This document shows positions 32,809 to 43,300 of a stretch of 64,000 nt of DNA, piece after piece. The notes beneath the pieces are model-generated. The model did not search any database and was not told where the DNA came from. It worked only from the letters and a program-made list of their open reading frames with translations. The DNA lies in assembly GCA_002811645.1 (NCBI GenBank), contig PDIP01000002.1, positions 7,683-71,682 on the forward strand, written 5' to 3'. This stretch comes from Corallochytrium limacisporum Hawaii (taxonomy: Eukaryota > Protista > Pluriformea). The position numbers were made by a program, and so were the translations under genes. The stretch's first letter is position 1. Each line of letters starts with the position of its first letter.

Positions 32809-34758
32809 TTACACCTCCGCCCAGTGTAGATCGACCGGGCACTCCACATTGTAGGCCAGGCGCAGATCTCGGCTCTGACCGGGTGTGTAGGGCATGGCCC
32901 ATTCGACATGGTTCTTCTCCTTCAGCAGACGGGCACCGCTGTGCTTGCTCTTAACATCAGGTTCCATAAGCGTGACCTTAATCCGATCATCTGTGGATTC
33001 TGGCAGTTGTTGGAATACATAGATGGTGGTCGGTTCAACTCCATTGTACTTGACTCGTGTCGTAATCTCCTTTGTCTTTACCTTGGACTTGGTGATCATA
33101 CCAACCCGAGACGTATTAACCTTCACCGGCAAGCGCTTGACTGTGACATCGGAGGTGATGCCGAGGTGGACGCTGAAACGGTCCCGGGGCATGGCCTCCT
33201 TAAGGCGGCTCTTGCACACAAAGTTCTGGTCCATAAAGCAGCTGACAGGGCCCGCAATAAGAGCAAATGAACTGTCATTGACGACATCAGCCCGAATATA
33301 AGCACTGTCAGACTTGCTAGGAATGACAATGAAGTTAATAGTTGGATTGAGATTGAGCAAGACGACGGTAACCTTACGCTCCTTAGCATCTGCAAGAACG
33401 GTGCTGCGTCGCGCAATTTTGAATGTTGCGCTTCCAACGCTTCGGTTGGCCTGCATGGCATCACTGAATCCCATTCCCGTCAGTGATTCGCTGATGACAG
33501 TATCGTCATCTTCACCGAACGAATCAGCAAATTCCTCGGCCTCCTGTGCAATTTCCTCAGTCTGCATCATGTTCTGCACCATAAGGTCATCAGGAGCCGC
33601 ATTCGTTTGTTGTATCTGTTGTGCTGTAAAACCAAAGACGGAGGTCTGGGCTTGTTGTACATTCGATCTGCTCTGCATGGGCATAGGCATCTTAGAGGCT
33701 TTTGCCATGGGACGTGCCTTCTTGACCATTGTTGCGCCCTTCGACACACCGCCAAAGTAACCGTGGCCCTCCTGGATGCGCAGGACGCCGAGCTCAGGAG
33801 GTTCGCCCCCGCTACTTGCCTTGGCGGTACTCAGAGCAATGTCAACTGCTTCCCAATCTTCGTGTGTATCATTGGTGACCTCACCATAGTACGCCAACTG
33901 GAGTGATTTCTCGTGGGAATCATACCGAGCATCGTAGCTCGCTCGCCACTTGGCACCCTGAACCATGTACACCAACTGGAATGTAATGCCATCCAGTCCG
34001 TGCTTGACATTCCGAGCTTGCAGGGTCTCAGGCACACTGAGCATGATCTCAATCTGGTAACAGAATTTGCTCGATTGCTTCCGCAGCTTCGCAAGTTCTT
34101 TAGATACCTCCGCTTGCTCTTTGCGAAGGTCCTTCTGCTGTTTGTGAATATAGCGGATCTTTCCGTCCAGGTCCTGGTTCATGTCCATCATCTTGCCCAT
34201 GAATCCTTCCACTTCATTGATCGTATCAGTGCTAAAAGGTAATCTTCCCTTGTTGTCGTACTTAGTTTCTTGACTATTCTGGGCAAACCCGGCCAACCAG
34301 TTCTTGTTTGCTCTGACGCGCTCTTCTTCCTCAGCAGTGACGGCAATCTTCTCGTTAATTTCCGCCAACTTATCCAGCAAGGGCTTCTCCTCGGGGTTCT
34401 CTTCTTGATCTTCGGTTTGTCTTTTAATTTCACTGACACTCACTTCGAGAAGGGAAAATTCACCAGCACCTTTGTTTACTCGCACAGAATCCTTAAAGAG
34501 TTTGGAAGTGACACCTTTTACCACAAGAGCGATCTTATCATTATCTTTAAGCTGTTCGTTCGAAATGGTCACCTCGCGGCGAATTTCTGCTCTTTCCTCA
34601 TACACGGTTACATTGTGAATCGGACACTTTTCACGGTCCAGAGTCAGCTCCATAGCAGGAGCCGCTGCGGCAGTGCTATAACTTGGAGGATCAGTAGTCA
34701 TGTTGTTGTAAGCTTGGGAATCTGTCTGCATTGAATGCTCACCCACAATAGGTGTCAT
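32809..34758 (-). CDS. DUF4140 + DUF4139 protein (mucoidy inhibitor MuiA / F37C4.5-like)
   Basis: I..VTVY..RAEIRR, coiled coil, YMV.GAKW.ASYDAR, V.N.T.EDW..V...LSTA, L.AGP...FMD..FV. Confidence 0.88.
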   Translation of the reverse strand: MTPIVGEHSMQTDSQAYNNMTTDPPSYSTAAAAPAMELTLDREKCPIHNVTVYEERAEIRREVTISNEQLKDNDKIALVVKGVTSKLFKDSVRVNKGAGEFSLLEVSVSEIKRQTEDQEENPEEKPLLDKLAEINEKIAVTAEEEERVRANKNWLAGFAQNSQETKYDNKGRLPFSTDTINEVEGFMGKMMDMNQDLDGKIRYIHKQQKDLRKEQAEVSKELAKLRKQSSKFCYQIEIMLSVPETLQARNVKHGLDGITFQLVYMVQGAKWRASYDARYDSHEKSLQLAYYGEVTNDTHEDWEAVDIALSTAKASSGGEPPELGVLRIQEGHGYFGGVSKGATMVKKARPMAKASKMPMPMQSRSNVQQAQTSVFGFTAQQIQQTNAAPDDLMVQNMMQTEEIAQEAEEFADSFGEDDDTVISESLTGMGFSDAMQANRSVGSATFKIARRSTVLADAKERKVTVVLLNLNPTINFIVIPSKSDSAYIRADVVNDSSFALIAGPVSCFMDQNFVCKSRLKEAMPRDRFSVHLGITSDVTVKRLPVKVNTSRVGMITKSKVKTKEITTRVKYNGVEPTTIYVFQQLPESTDDRIKVTLMEPDVKSKHSGARLLKEKNHVEWAMPYTPGQSRDLRLAYNVECPVDLHWAEV

Positions 34759-35808
34759 TCCTGCTCACTATCAAAGAGGTCCCTTAAATACCTCTCTGAG
34801 CCATTCCAAATGCCAAGAGGCGGGCCTATACACACGTCACACGTTTGATCTATAAGATCTACAGCTGCCGTGTAGACCCGTCCCCCTGAATCTTTATGCT
34901 CTCCACGCCCGCAGCTCCCCCTCCGTGCAAACCTAGGGCCGTCCAAACGTCGTGTCCAGGGTGTCCGCACCACCAGCCCTGTGCCCAGCCCTCCCAAATT
35001 TTTCCGACGGGTGACGAAAGACGGTCTGGTGTACTGCTGCACCAAGAATGCACTTTACCCACCAAATACTCCCCTCCTTTGCAAATACTGTGTATTGGTT
35101 GCCTATGCAGACACACAACCAAGATACTGCTTGCGGTAAAACGATTACTTTACAATGTGCCAAGACTCGAAATAATTCAGCGCTGTCATCCCAGGCCAGT
35201 CAACCGCAGAGCAGGGTGGGTTGGTGCTTCGAAATTCCACTATGGTAGGGAATAAGGGTCTCGGGCTTTGGAACAACAATTTTGAATGACGGTCACAACG
35301 AAAGTCCTATCGTGTCCTCACCACCGTACGCCACGGAAATTTGCAGTATGTATTTACTATTGAGGGGCTGACTGAATGCCAGAGATCGAAGGAACTGATG
35401 ATTACTCTCAGTTTGGCTGCGGGCGATGTGGCGCTTCGAAAACCCTTGTGGAGACCCAAAAACGGAAAGTTTTTGAATGCGGATGTATTCGAGTCCCGTC
35501 TGAGTCAACGGTAAATTTTATATACTTCAAGTAACTTCTGTGAAATTTAACACACATATTTCTCTTCAAGGGTGGTCCCAACCAAAAACACACATAATTT
35601 CCAGAAGGGGAGAGTTTGTTGAAAAAGCATGCCATATTGGTGAGATATTTTTTTTTGAGTTTTCATGTGCTACCAAAGTCTCAAGACTACAGTCATTTAG
35701 TATCAGAGTCGTCAATGTTACCCCGCTGAATAGTAATACTATGGACTTTCATGCGTCTGGTACATTCTCTATACCCACATCAAGACCGTCCCACTCAAGC
35801 GACCCGTT

Positions 35809-35997
35809 GTAAGTGCACTCTCCAGCATGGACGAGACGGTTGACCGGAGTTCTACATCGTGCTTTCGTATGAGAACCGTTCTTAGGCCCGTAATGCAGCT
35901 ATCACTGTGAATTCAATTGGTAGAGTAACCTCAACCTTAATAACTTTTCGTATCATTTACCCATATGTCGTTCTACTAACGGTATGCTATACACCAG
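35809..35997 (+). other. Candidate 5'-UTR intron of RPS15A
   Basis: GTAAGT donor at 35809, TACTAAC at 35974-80 and CAG at 35995-97, downstream of a pyrimidine-rich putative start region near 35763. Confidence 0.6.
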
Positions 35998-36106
35998 CAT
36001 CACAGAAAGATACTTGAGATCACCCAGCATGCTACAATAGAGTATGATTAATCGAAATATTATAGCACTCTGTAAACAGCGGGTCTAGCATTTACAAACA
36101 GCCAAT

Positions 36107-36816
36107 ATGGTGCGCATGAATGTTCTGAACGATGCCCTCCGGGCCATCTACAACGCTGAGAAGCGCGGTAAGCGCCAGGTCATGATCCGGCCCAGCTCTA
36201 AGGTCATTGTCAAGTTCCTCATGGTGATGATGAAGCATGGTAAGTACCGATGTTATCGACTGGGAACGAAAAGTTTCGTAGTGGAAAACTGCCGAAGGGT
36301 ATGCGAGTTTGGGAGAAGTTTCATTGGGTCTTTGAAACGCAGGGGAAGGTCGCCGATGACGACGAATTATACGCTATACTGAAGTTCAGGACCGCAATTT
36401 GATCATAGTGATGTCCACATCTTTCGGGACTGAGGTCGATCATAGCTTCCATATCCTATCGCAGTCTTTCAGGTCTTGAATTCCCACCTTTTTTTAATAC
36501 CGAATAATTGTACTAACAATTGACTTTTTACACATCCTCCTTTTCTACTCCTACAGGCTACATTGGTGAATTCGAAATCATTGACGACCACCGGGCGGGT
36601 AAGATTGTTGTTGAGCTTAACGGACGCTTGAACAAGTGCGGAGTCATTAGCCCTCGCTTTGACATCAAGGTGAAGGATATGGAGAAGTGGACTGCTAACC
36701 TGCTGCCCTCTCGTCAGTTCGGCTACATCGTGATGACCACCTCTGCTGGTATCATGGACCATGAGGAGGCTCGCCGCAAGCACACTGGTGGCAAGATTCT
36801 GGGATACTTCTACTAA
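36107..36816 (+). CDS. RPS15A: 40S ribosomal protein S15a (uS8); exons 36107-36239 and 36557-36816
   Basis: [11 protein letters not shown]...MKHG|[18 protein letters not shown]; intron 36240-36556 with GTAAGT, TACTAAC at 36511-17 and TACAG. Confidence 0.98.
36348..36441 (+). ncRNA. Intronic dual-guide box C/D snoRNA (SNORD54-type 18S guide plus SNORD2/snR39B-type 28S guide)
   Basis: C box ATGACGA 36356-62; guide TATACGCTAT 36368-77; D' CTGA 36379-82; C' GTGATGT 36408-14; guide CATCTTTCGGG 36418-28; D CTGA 36430-33; terminal stem GGTCGCC/GGTCGATC. Confidence 0.85.
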
Positions 36817-37008
36817 GATCGAAGCGGTTCCTCATGAAAAAGGATCTCAAACCAAAACACAGGGCATCATTTATACGTGCACCATTGTATTAGTCAACAA
36901 TACGTTCACTTTTCAGCATCTTCTCGGCATAATTGCATTTTTATAATACACAACATAGAATCGTCTTTATCAGTTCTGATTGTACAGTGAAACCCTCGTA
37001 ATTCTAGT

Positions 37009-38148
37009 CTACGATGGCGGTGGTTTGCCTGGGCAGCGGGAGTCAGTTGTTTCATCAATCTCTTCACGTTCGGCTTCGAGTTCCTTGGCCAACTCTATGC
37101 GCAGCATCTTGGACCGACCCAAGCGAATGGTCCGATGCTGCATAACCATGATGAGCAATACGATTTCCAAAATCAGCACACCAGGAGAGAGCAGGAACTG
37201 TAACACATCTTACCTTGTCTGAGATCGTTCCCGGAGGATCTCAGCAATAGAGTCCAATACAGTATCGTAACGCTCATCGGTGTGAGGACCATAGTCTGCA
37301 TCTGCCATGCCAATGAACCAGAAGGATCGGACTAGGGCAATGAAGAGACTTGCAAGCAACATCATCTTGAAGAGCACTGGTGATCGCAATGCTACGTCCC
37401 GTTTGCCTGGAGGCTTTGCAGACTTCCATACGACATAGTAGAACATGTGGAAGGGGGCAATGTTCAACAGCACACCGATCAAAGGCAGCACAGGACATCC
37501 GACCATACCTACACCAAATTAATGTCTGACGGTACACTACGACCAGGATTGCTCGTGGCATGTCAAAAACTTGGCGAGTGTTCCCCCAATAGAACCATCC
37601 AGGGTAGTGGATGATGGTGGAAAACACATTGGCCGGCGTATCGATAATCAGGAGACGATAAAACTACTGTCCGACCAAACTCAGCAGACAGAAGTCATTG
37701 TCTTCCGCCTGAATGGCCAAGCCATAGACGAAAGCCCAAATGCTCAACACTCGGAACAAGACAATGCGGACCAACTCTACATACGTTCCTTAGCATAATC
37801 GTACTCCTCTAGCATCTTCAAGTAAGAAATGGCGAACGCAATGACAATATTCAGTGTCGAGAATGTCACCGGGACGACATAGTCCCTCAGAGAGAGTTCA
37901 CCACTGACGCCGTAGTTCTGAATGAGCCAAAAGATCAAGTACAAAGACCCCGCTGTAACACCCAATACAATCACCCAGCATCCAAGCTTGACGGCTTTGC
38001 GCCTGTAGACATCTCGCTTGCTGCTCTTCTTATTGGTGAGTCTATGGCGATATTTCGCTTCTGCATCGCTCATGTTATACTGTTTGCATCTGAGAGGGCG
38101 CGATCTGCACCTGAGATAGACTGCTTGGAAAGTCCTCAAACGGGTCAT
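37009..38148 (-). pseudogene. Disrupted transmembrane channel-like (TMC) gene, C-terminal half
   Basis: Joined frames give LEEY../YVELVRIVLFRVLS...CLLSLVGQ*FYRLLIID...FDMPRAILVVVYRQTLIW/VGMVGCPVLPLI...PP, the TMC domain pattern. Frameshifts near 37784 and 37513; stops at 37664-66 and 37210-12. Confidence 0.82.
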
Positions 38149-39160
38149 CGCCGGTTTCGGCCTATTTCAGCCTTGACATGGCTGTAAGCCTTCCTTTGCC
38201 AGATATTCAAGTACCCATTCCTTCCTTTCTTAATATCCTGTGTCTTCTAGTTCAACTTTGGAGGTTGGATCTATTTGACTGTTGCTGTATGTGTACATTG
38301 CGGTTTAAGTAGTTCAGTGTCGCGCACATGATCGGCTTCCGTCGACCATTTCAGTTCAGCAACTATACCAGCACTGGAGATTGGAAAAAAAAGTTCAGAA
38401 ACTATGTTCAATCGCCGGTACAGGAGAACTACACTTTCCAAAGTCACTCACATCAATGTGCAAAAGAATTCGTGAGCATGAGATCGCAACCACTTGGGTC
38501 ATCCCAGTTTGAGTGATCCAAACTACTCACGTTGAGACCCCATCTGGGGTGGGTTTTTGGCCTTTCCCCCTCTCCAGCCTTTCCTGTTCCTCCTTTGCAT
38601 TCCCCTTCTCCTAACTTTGCAGCAACCCGACTGCGCAATGATGGGGCACAATGAAGACAAGTGGGAGCAGAACTGGCCAGGAATCACCCATAGCAACATT
38701 CAGCCAGTTCACAAAATTTATATATCCATTTGTTGGTTGAAAGCGAGGCCCCCGCCTGGGGGGTGGGGGGATACTCATGCTCCCCAATATATCAATGTTG
38801 ATGTGTAAATTTATAAAATGTCCGGATATGTTCAAACAAACATCTTCCCATTTTGTTCATTATTGTACATGTGTTTTTCAGCCACACAACAATGTCTTGG
38901 GGACCGTTGGTATCAGGTCTACGTGTCAAATGTTTGAGTTACGAAGCACCGCTCGCCGAGATTTTCCTGCTTCTTGTGGTTATGCTTTCCAGCAATTGAA
39001 AGGATCGGTCCCAAGGCCGAAACGAAGGCTCAAAAGTGCCCGAAAACGAGGTGTGAGGTTATAGCAAAGTATTTTAGCGCTCCATGTCGGTTAGATCTGT
39101 GCAACGACAGTTCGGAGGGAGTGTAAAGATATCAAGGGCGTTACCTCGAAATAGACAGTA

Positions 39161-40273
39161 ATGGCTCGTCCAGAGGGAGAATCTTCGCAGGGATCGTCCT
39201 CTATGGGCACACTTGTCCTTGCCATCGGTGGCGGGGTCCTAGCAGTATTCATGCCCACATTTCTCGACAGCATAGGAGTATATCCCTACCATTTTGCAAT
39301 GGTTCCTCTGTGGGTGTATATCACGGCGCCGGCAGCCACCATGCTGGTCATGATCTTGCTGCTAGTCTTGCTCTCTCCAAATAACATTGAGCTGACAGAC
39401 TCAGAGAACTTCTTCCTAGACTCGATGGGAAAAAAGGTACCCCTGCCTGATCTGAAAGACCCTGCCACAAAGTATCTAACAGTGGTTGTACCGGCGTATA
39501 ACGAAGAAGATCGGCTGCCGGTGATGATTAAGGAAACCATGGAGCACCTGGAGAAGCGCCAGAAGAAGGACAAGGGCTTCACCTACGAAGTCATTGTTGT
39601 CAACGACGGCAGCAAGGACAAGACCTCTGAGATAGCGCTGGACTACGTCAAACAGTACGGCATCGAGAATTTCCGGGTGCTGACATTCTCACAGAACCGT
39701 GGCAAAGGTGGAGCAGTGAAGCACGGCATGCTGCACTCCCGTGGTGAATATCTGCTCATGGCCGATGCAGACGGAGCCACTAGTTTCGAGGACTTAGATC
39801 GACTGGAGAAGAAGCTGAAGCGCATCGCTAAGGACAGTATGGGAGTTGGTGTGGGGAGTCGTGCCCATCTGCAGTCCGCAGATGCTGTGGTAAACCGTAG
39901 TGCTCTGCGCAAGTTCCTGATGCATGGTTTCCATTTGCTGGTCTTCATAATGGCAGTTCGGGGCATCCGGGACACACAGTGTGGATTCAAGCTCTTCACT
40001 CGAGAGGCTGCTCGCGAATTATGGCCTGGCCTGCACTTGGAGAGATGGGCGTTTGATGTAGAGCTGCTGTACTTGGCAGAACGTATGCAGATCCCGTTGG
40101 TTGAGGTGCCGGTGAACTGGGAAGAGATCCCGGGTAGCAAGCTGAGTCCGTTCAGAGCTAGTCTGCAGATCGGCAAAGATGTCATTCTCATGCGCATGTC
40201 GTACTTCTTTGGTGTATTCATGACGGAACAGGAGCGTCGGGAAGCTGCGTCTCAGAATTCAAACACGGGATAA
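39161..40273 (+). CDS. ALG5: Dolichyl-phosphate beta-glucosyltransferase
   Basis: VVVPAYNEEDRL, NRGKGGAV, MADADGAT, GSRAHL, DTQCGFKLF, WAFDVELL. Confidence 0.96.
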   Translation: MARPEGESSQGSSSMGTLVLAIGGGVLAVFMPTFLDSIGVYPYHFAMVPLWVYITAPAATMLVMILLLVLLSPNNIELTDSENFFLDSMGKKVPLPDLKDPATKYLTVVVPAYNEEDRLPVMIKETMEHLEKRQKKDKGFTYEVIVVNDGSKDKTSEIALDYVKQYGIENFRVLTFSQNRGKGGAVKHGMLHSRGEYLLMADADGATSFEDLDRLEKKLKRIAKDSMGVGVGSRAHLQSADAVVNRSALRKFLMHGFHLLVFIMAVRGIRDTQCGFKLFTREAARELWPGLHLERWAFDVELLYLAERMQIPLVEVPVNWEEIPGSKLSPFRASLQIGKDVILMRMSYFFGVFMTEQERREAASQNSNTG

Positions 40274-40382
40274 ACATATTACATATTAGGATAAACTATA
40301 TTTTGACAACGATGACATACATGAACAAGATAGTTAGAGTTATAGACGTGATGATGATTATTTCCACTTGGACATGTTACTG

Positions 40383-43300
40383 TCATCGACCAATGGAGTA
40401 CTGTACAATGTTCTCGCTAAGTAGTGACCGTGCTTTCTTTTTCGGCCTATTACTCATCTGTGCTCCGGCCGCAGCGTCCTTTGGTTGCTCGTTCTCCGAT
40501 TGGAGACTGTACGCCGGCGACTCCCCTAGACTTGGCATACAGGCAAGGTCGTCAGACGAAGACGCGTTGGGCAGCAATGCGTGCAGTGCTCTCATAAGGC
40601 AATCTGAGTTTTGCATGGCTTCGATAGTAAAGATCTGCTGGCAGCCTCGCATGTGCCTTAGGAAGGCGTCTAAAATCGGACTCTGCCGGATGATGCGACT
40701 ATTGCCAATGGCAATCAGTTTGCACTTGGCCCGGGTGAAGGCCACATTCACACGACGCCAGTCCCTGAGCAGCTCTCCGGTTTTGTTTTCTGAATTGCTA
40801 CGTACAAATGATGCAAGGATGCAGTCCTTGTCCCTGCCCTGGTAGGTATCGATAGTGTCGATCTCAAGGTCCGCAAAATCGTGTATAGCCATCTTTGCTC
40901 CTTCTCGCCTCAAGAAGTCGCGCTGACCACGGTAGGGTGTGAGAATACCAATGCTACTGGCATGAACACCCATCTTCTGCAATGCGGCAACGATGAGGAA
41001 GAGGACAAAACCCTCAAAGCGATTGATGGGCAGATCACCAGCGTATGACTCCATGGCCACTGCGCCAACGTTGTCGGTATCCAGGAAGCACACAGGTTGC
41101 TCCGGATCAACTGCCCTACGAAGAATTGGAAATTCGTTAATGGCATCCAAGAGGCTCTGAGTCGTTTTCTGGCTGGCGATGCTGTCAACATTCAATTTCT
41201 TATTCGCAACAGATGGCGCTGTTTTCATTTGCCCTCCGTAAATGACATCACTACATAGATCAGCGATGCGACGGTTCATGCGGAACTGATGACGGAGCTT
41301 AACCACGGCATGCGGATGAAGGTTACAGAGGCGTGAGAAGAGCGATTCATTGTGGATCCGCTTTTTGGCTGCCGTGCTACGGACCAAGGGAGTGAGCTGG
41401 TTGTCATCGCCGACCATGACCCAGGTCTTGCCCAAACACAGCGGCGCCAGACAGATGGGTTCCGAGATCTGACTGGCCTCATCAAGTATGACATAATCAA
41501 AGTGCTTCCTGCGGGCAAAGAGTGGACCCCGTACGCTCATGCAGGTTGTTGCAATGATCGGGATACGATCCAGCTTGGCACAGAAATCATTCCAGTCCTT
41601 GAATTCAAGCTTGGAAGTCAGGTGCGAAGGCGTGCGGTTAGAAATTGGTGCGGAGAGGCCATCCGTGTCAGTGCGAAGGTATTCCAATCCCAGCATCTCG
41701 AGTTTCATTAGAATGCTGTTCACTGCAGAGTGGGTAAAGGAGGTGATCAACACTGTCTTGCCCCTTTCCACGAGCGTCTTGACCAAGCAAGCAGTTGTGG
41801 TGGTCTTTCCGCTACCAGGGAACCCGCAAATGAGCAAGTAATCGTCTGCATTCAGAGCGCGGTCAATGGCACGGACTTGATCGGGGTTCAGGTGGCTATT
41901 GTTAGTGCCAACCGACAATTGGGTGGCCTGCGAAGTATGATTGAAACCTGGACTGGTGCCACTTACAATGCGGGACCGGGCAGAGTGGTGCTCCGGACGG
42001 AATAGTTCAAAAACATTGGCCCTCAGCAGTAGTGAGAACGTTGCTGTCTCATTGGCGTCGATGCGGTAAGTAAGGTTGGTATTTCGGTACCGCATTTGTA
42101 ATGGTCGGTCTAGCAGGACCTTGATTTCCTGGGCGGAACTTTCCATTACCTTGCCCGTGGCCACGTTCACAGATTCAATTGTACTGATAATCACGATTGT
42201 GTTTGGTTTCATGAGGAACAGCTGACCCTGGGCATCGGTCGGCAGAGACGACCTTGCAACGAAACAGATCATACCATAGTCATCATCGCTGCCACTGATA
42301 TCGATGACTACATTGCTGATGCACCTCCCGATCTCCTGACGCTCCTCCCCTGTGAGCCTCCAAATCTCCTTCTGCAGCGCAACTGCGGACACTTCCTCCA
42401 TGCGAATGAAACGCAACCACTTCTTCAGGTAGCTGATCGCCTCAGAATCGTCCTTAATACATGTCACCTCTGACTCAAAGTGATCAGTCATGCCACCCAT
42501 CCATTCGGCATCTCGATGTTGGTCCGCGAGCAAGGAATACGTCGCGCAAGGCTGCTTGTACGAACAGAACCTGCAGGCCTCCACGCGATCAGCTGGTTTG
42601 GGCAGGCCGCCAATGTCATCCAATCCTTTGTAGCGCATGTATCGCACCAAGTCGTTCCTTGCGGACATCAGAGCGGCAATTTCTGCCTTTCTGTTCTGCA
42701 CCACCGCCAGTGGCCTTTGTGATCCAGTGTACAGGAGGTAGCCACGATCACAGTGGTTCTGTTCATCAAGGTCCAAAATTATGGAGTAGAGCTGAACCTG
42801 CGCAAGATGCTTGTGATGCATCCTACCAGACTTAATTTCAAGTGGGAAGGTGGATGTTTCTCCTCGTACTTTAATAAGAGTATCCACTGTGCCCTTGAGT
42901 CCTAATTCTGGAGCCCAAATATTCTGTTCATTTGAGACAATCTCTGTGATGCAAGTGTCACCAATCTCTTTCGTATCAAAGGCAACTGATCCCCATTGAG
43001 AGATGTTGCTGAGATGTTGGGATACGATGCTTTCATGGAGTTGATCCATGCTGCCATATAAGCCATATATCTCCAGGAATCGCTCCCGTAGCACATCTAT
43101 CAAAAGCAACTTTAGGTCACTCATGGAAAATGTGTTCGCCGAGGCTGCTCTCTCCACCACGTCATGAATAATATTACCTTTGATCGCAGCCATGCTCAGC
43201 CCGTGCTCTTTTACAAGGTTCCGCAAGACTGTCCGTCGCATGCAATCGCTTGCAGCCTCTGCAATATTTGTACCAGACACAAGTACATCTGGTTCTAAAA

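Noticed and set aside
35905-35935. TCAATTGGTAGAG resembling a tRNA D-loop
   Set aside because: No T-loop (GTTCGA) or cloverleaf at the right spacing.
13546-37666. Stop-codon reassignment as an explanation for the in-frame TAA/TAG codons
   Set aside because: TAA, TAG and TGA all terminate conserved intact genes at the expected positions, and the relics also have frameshifts or truncations.
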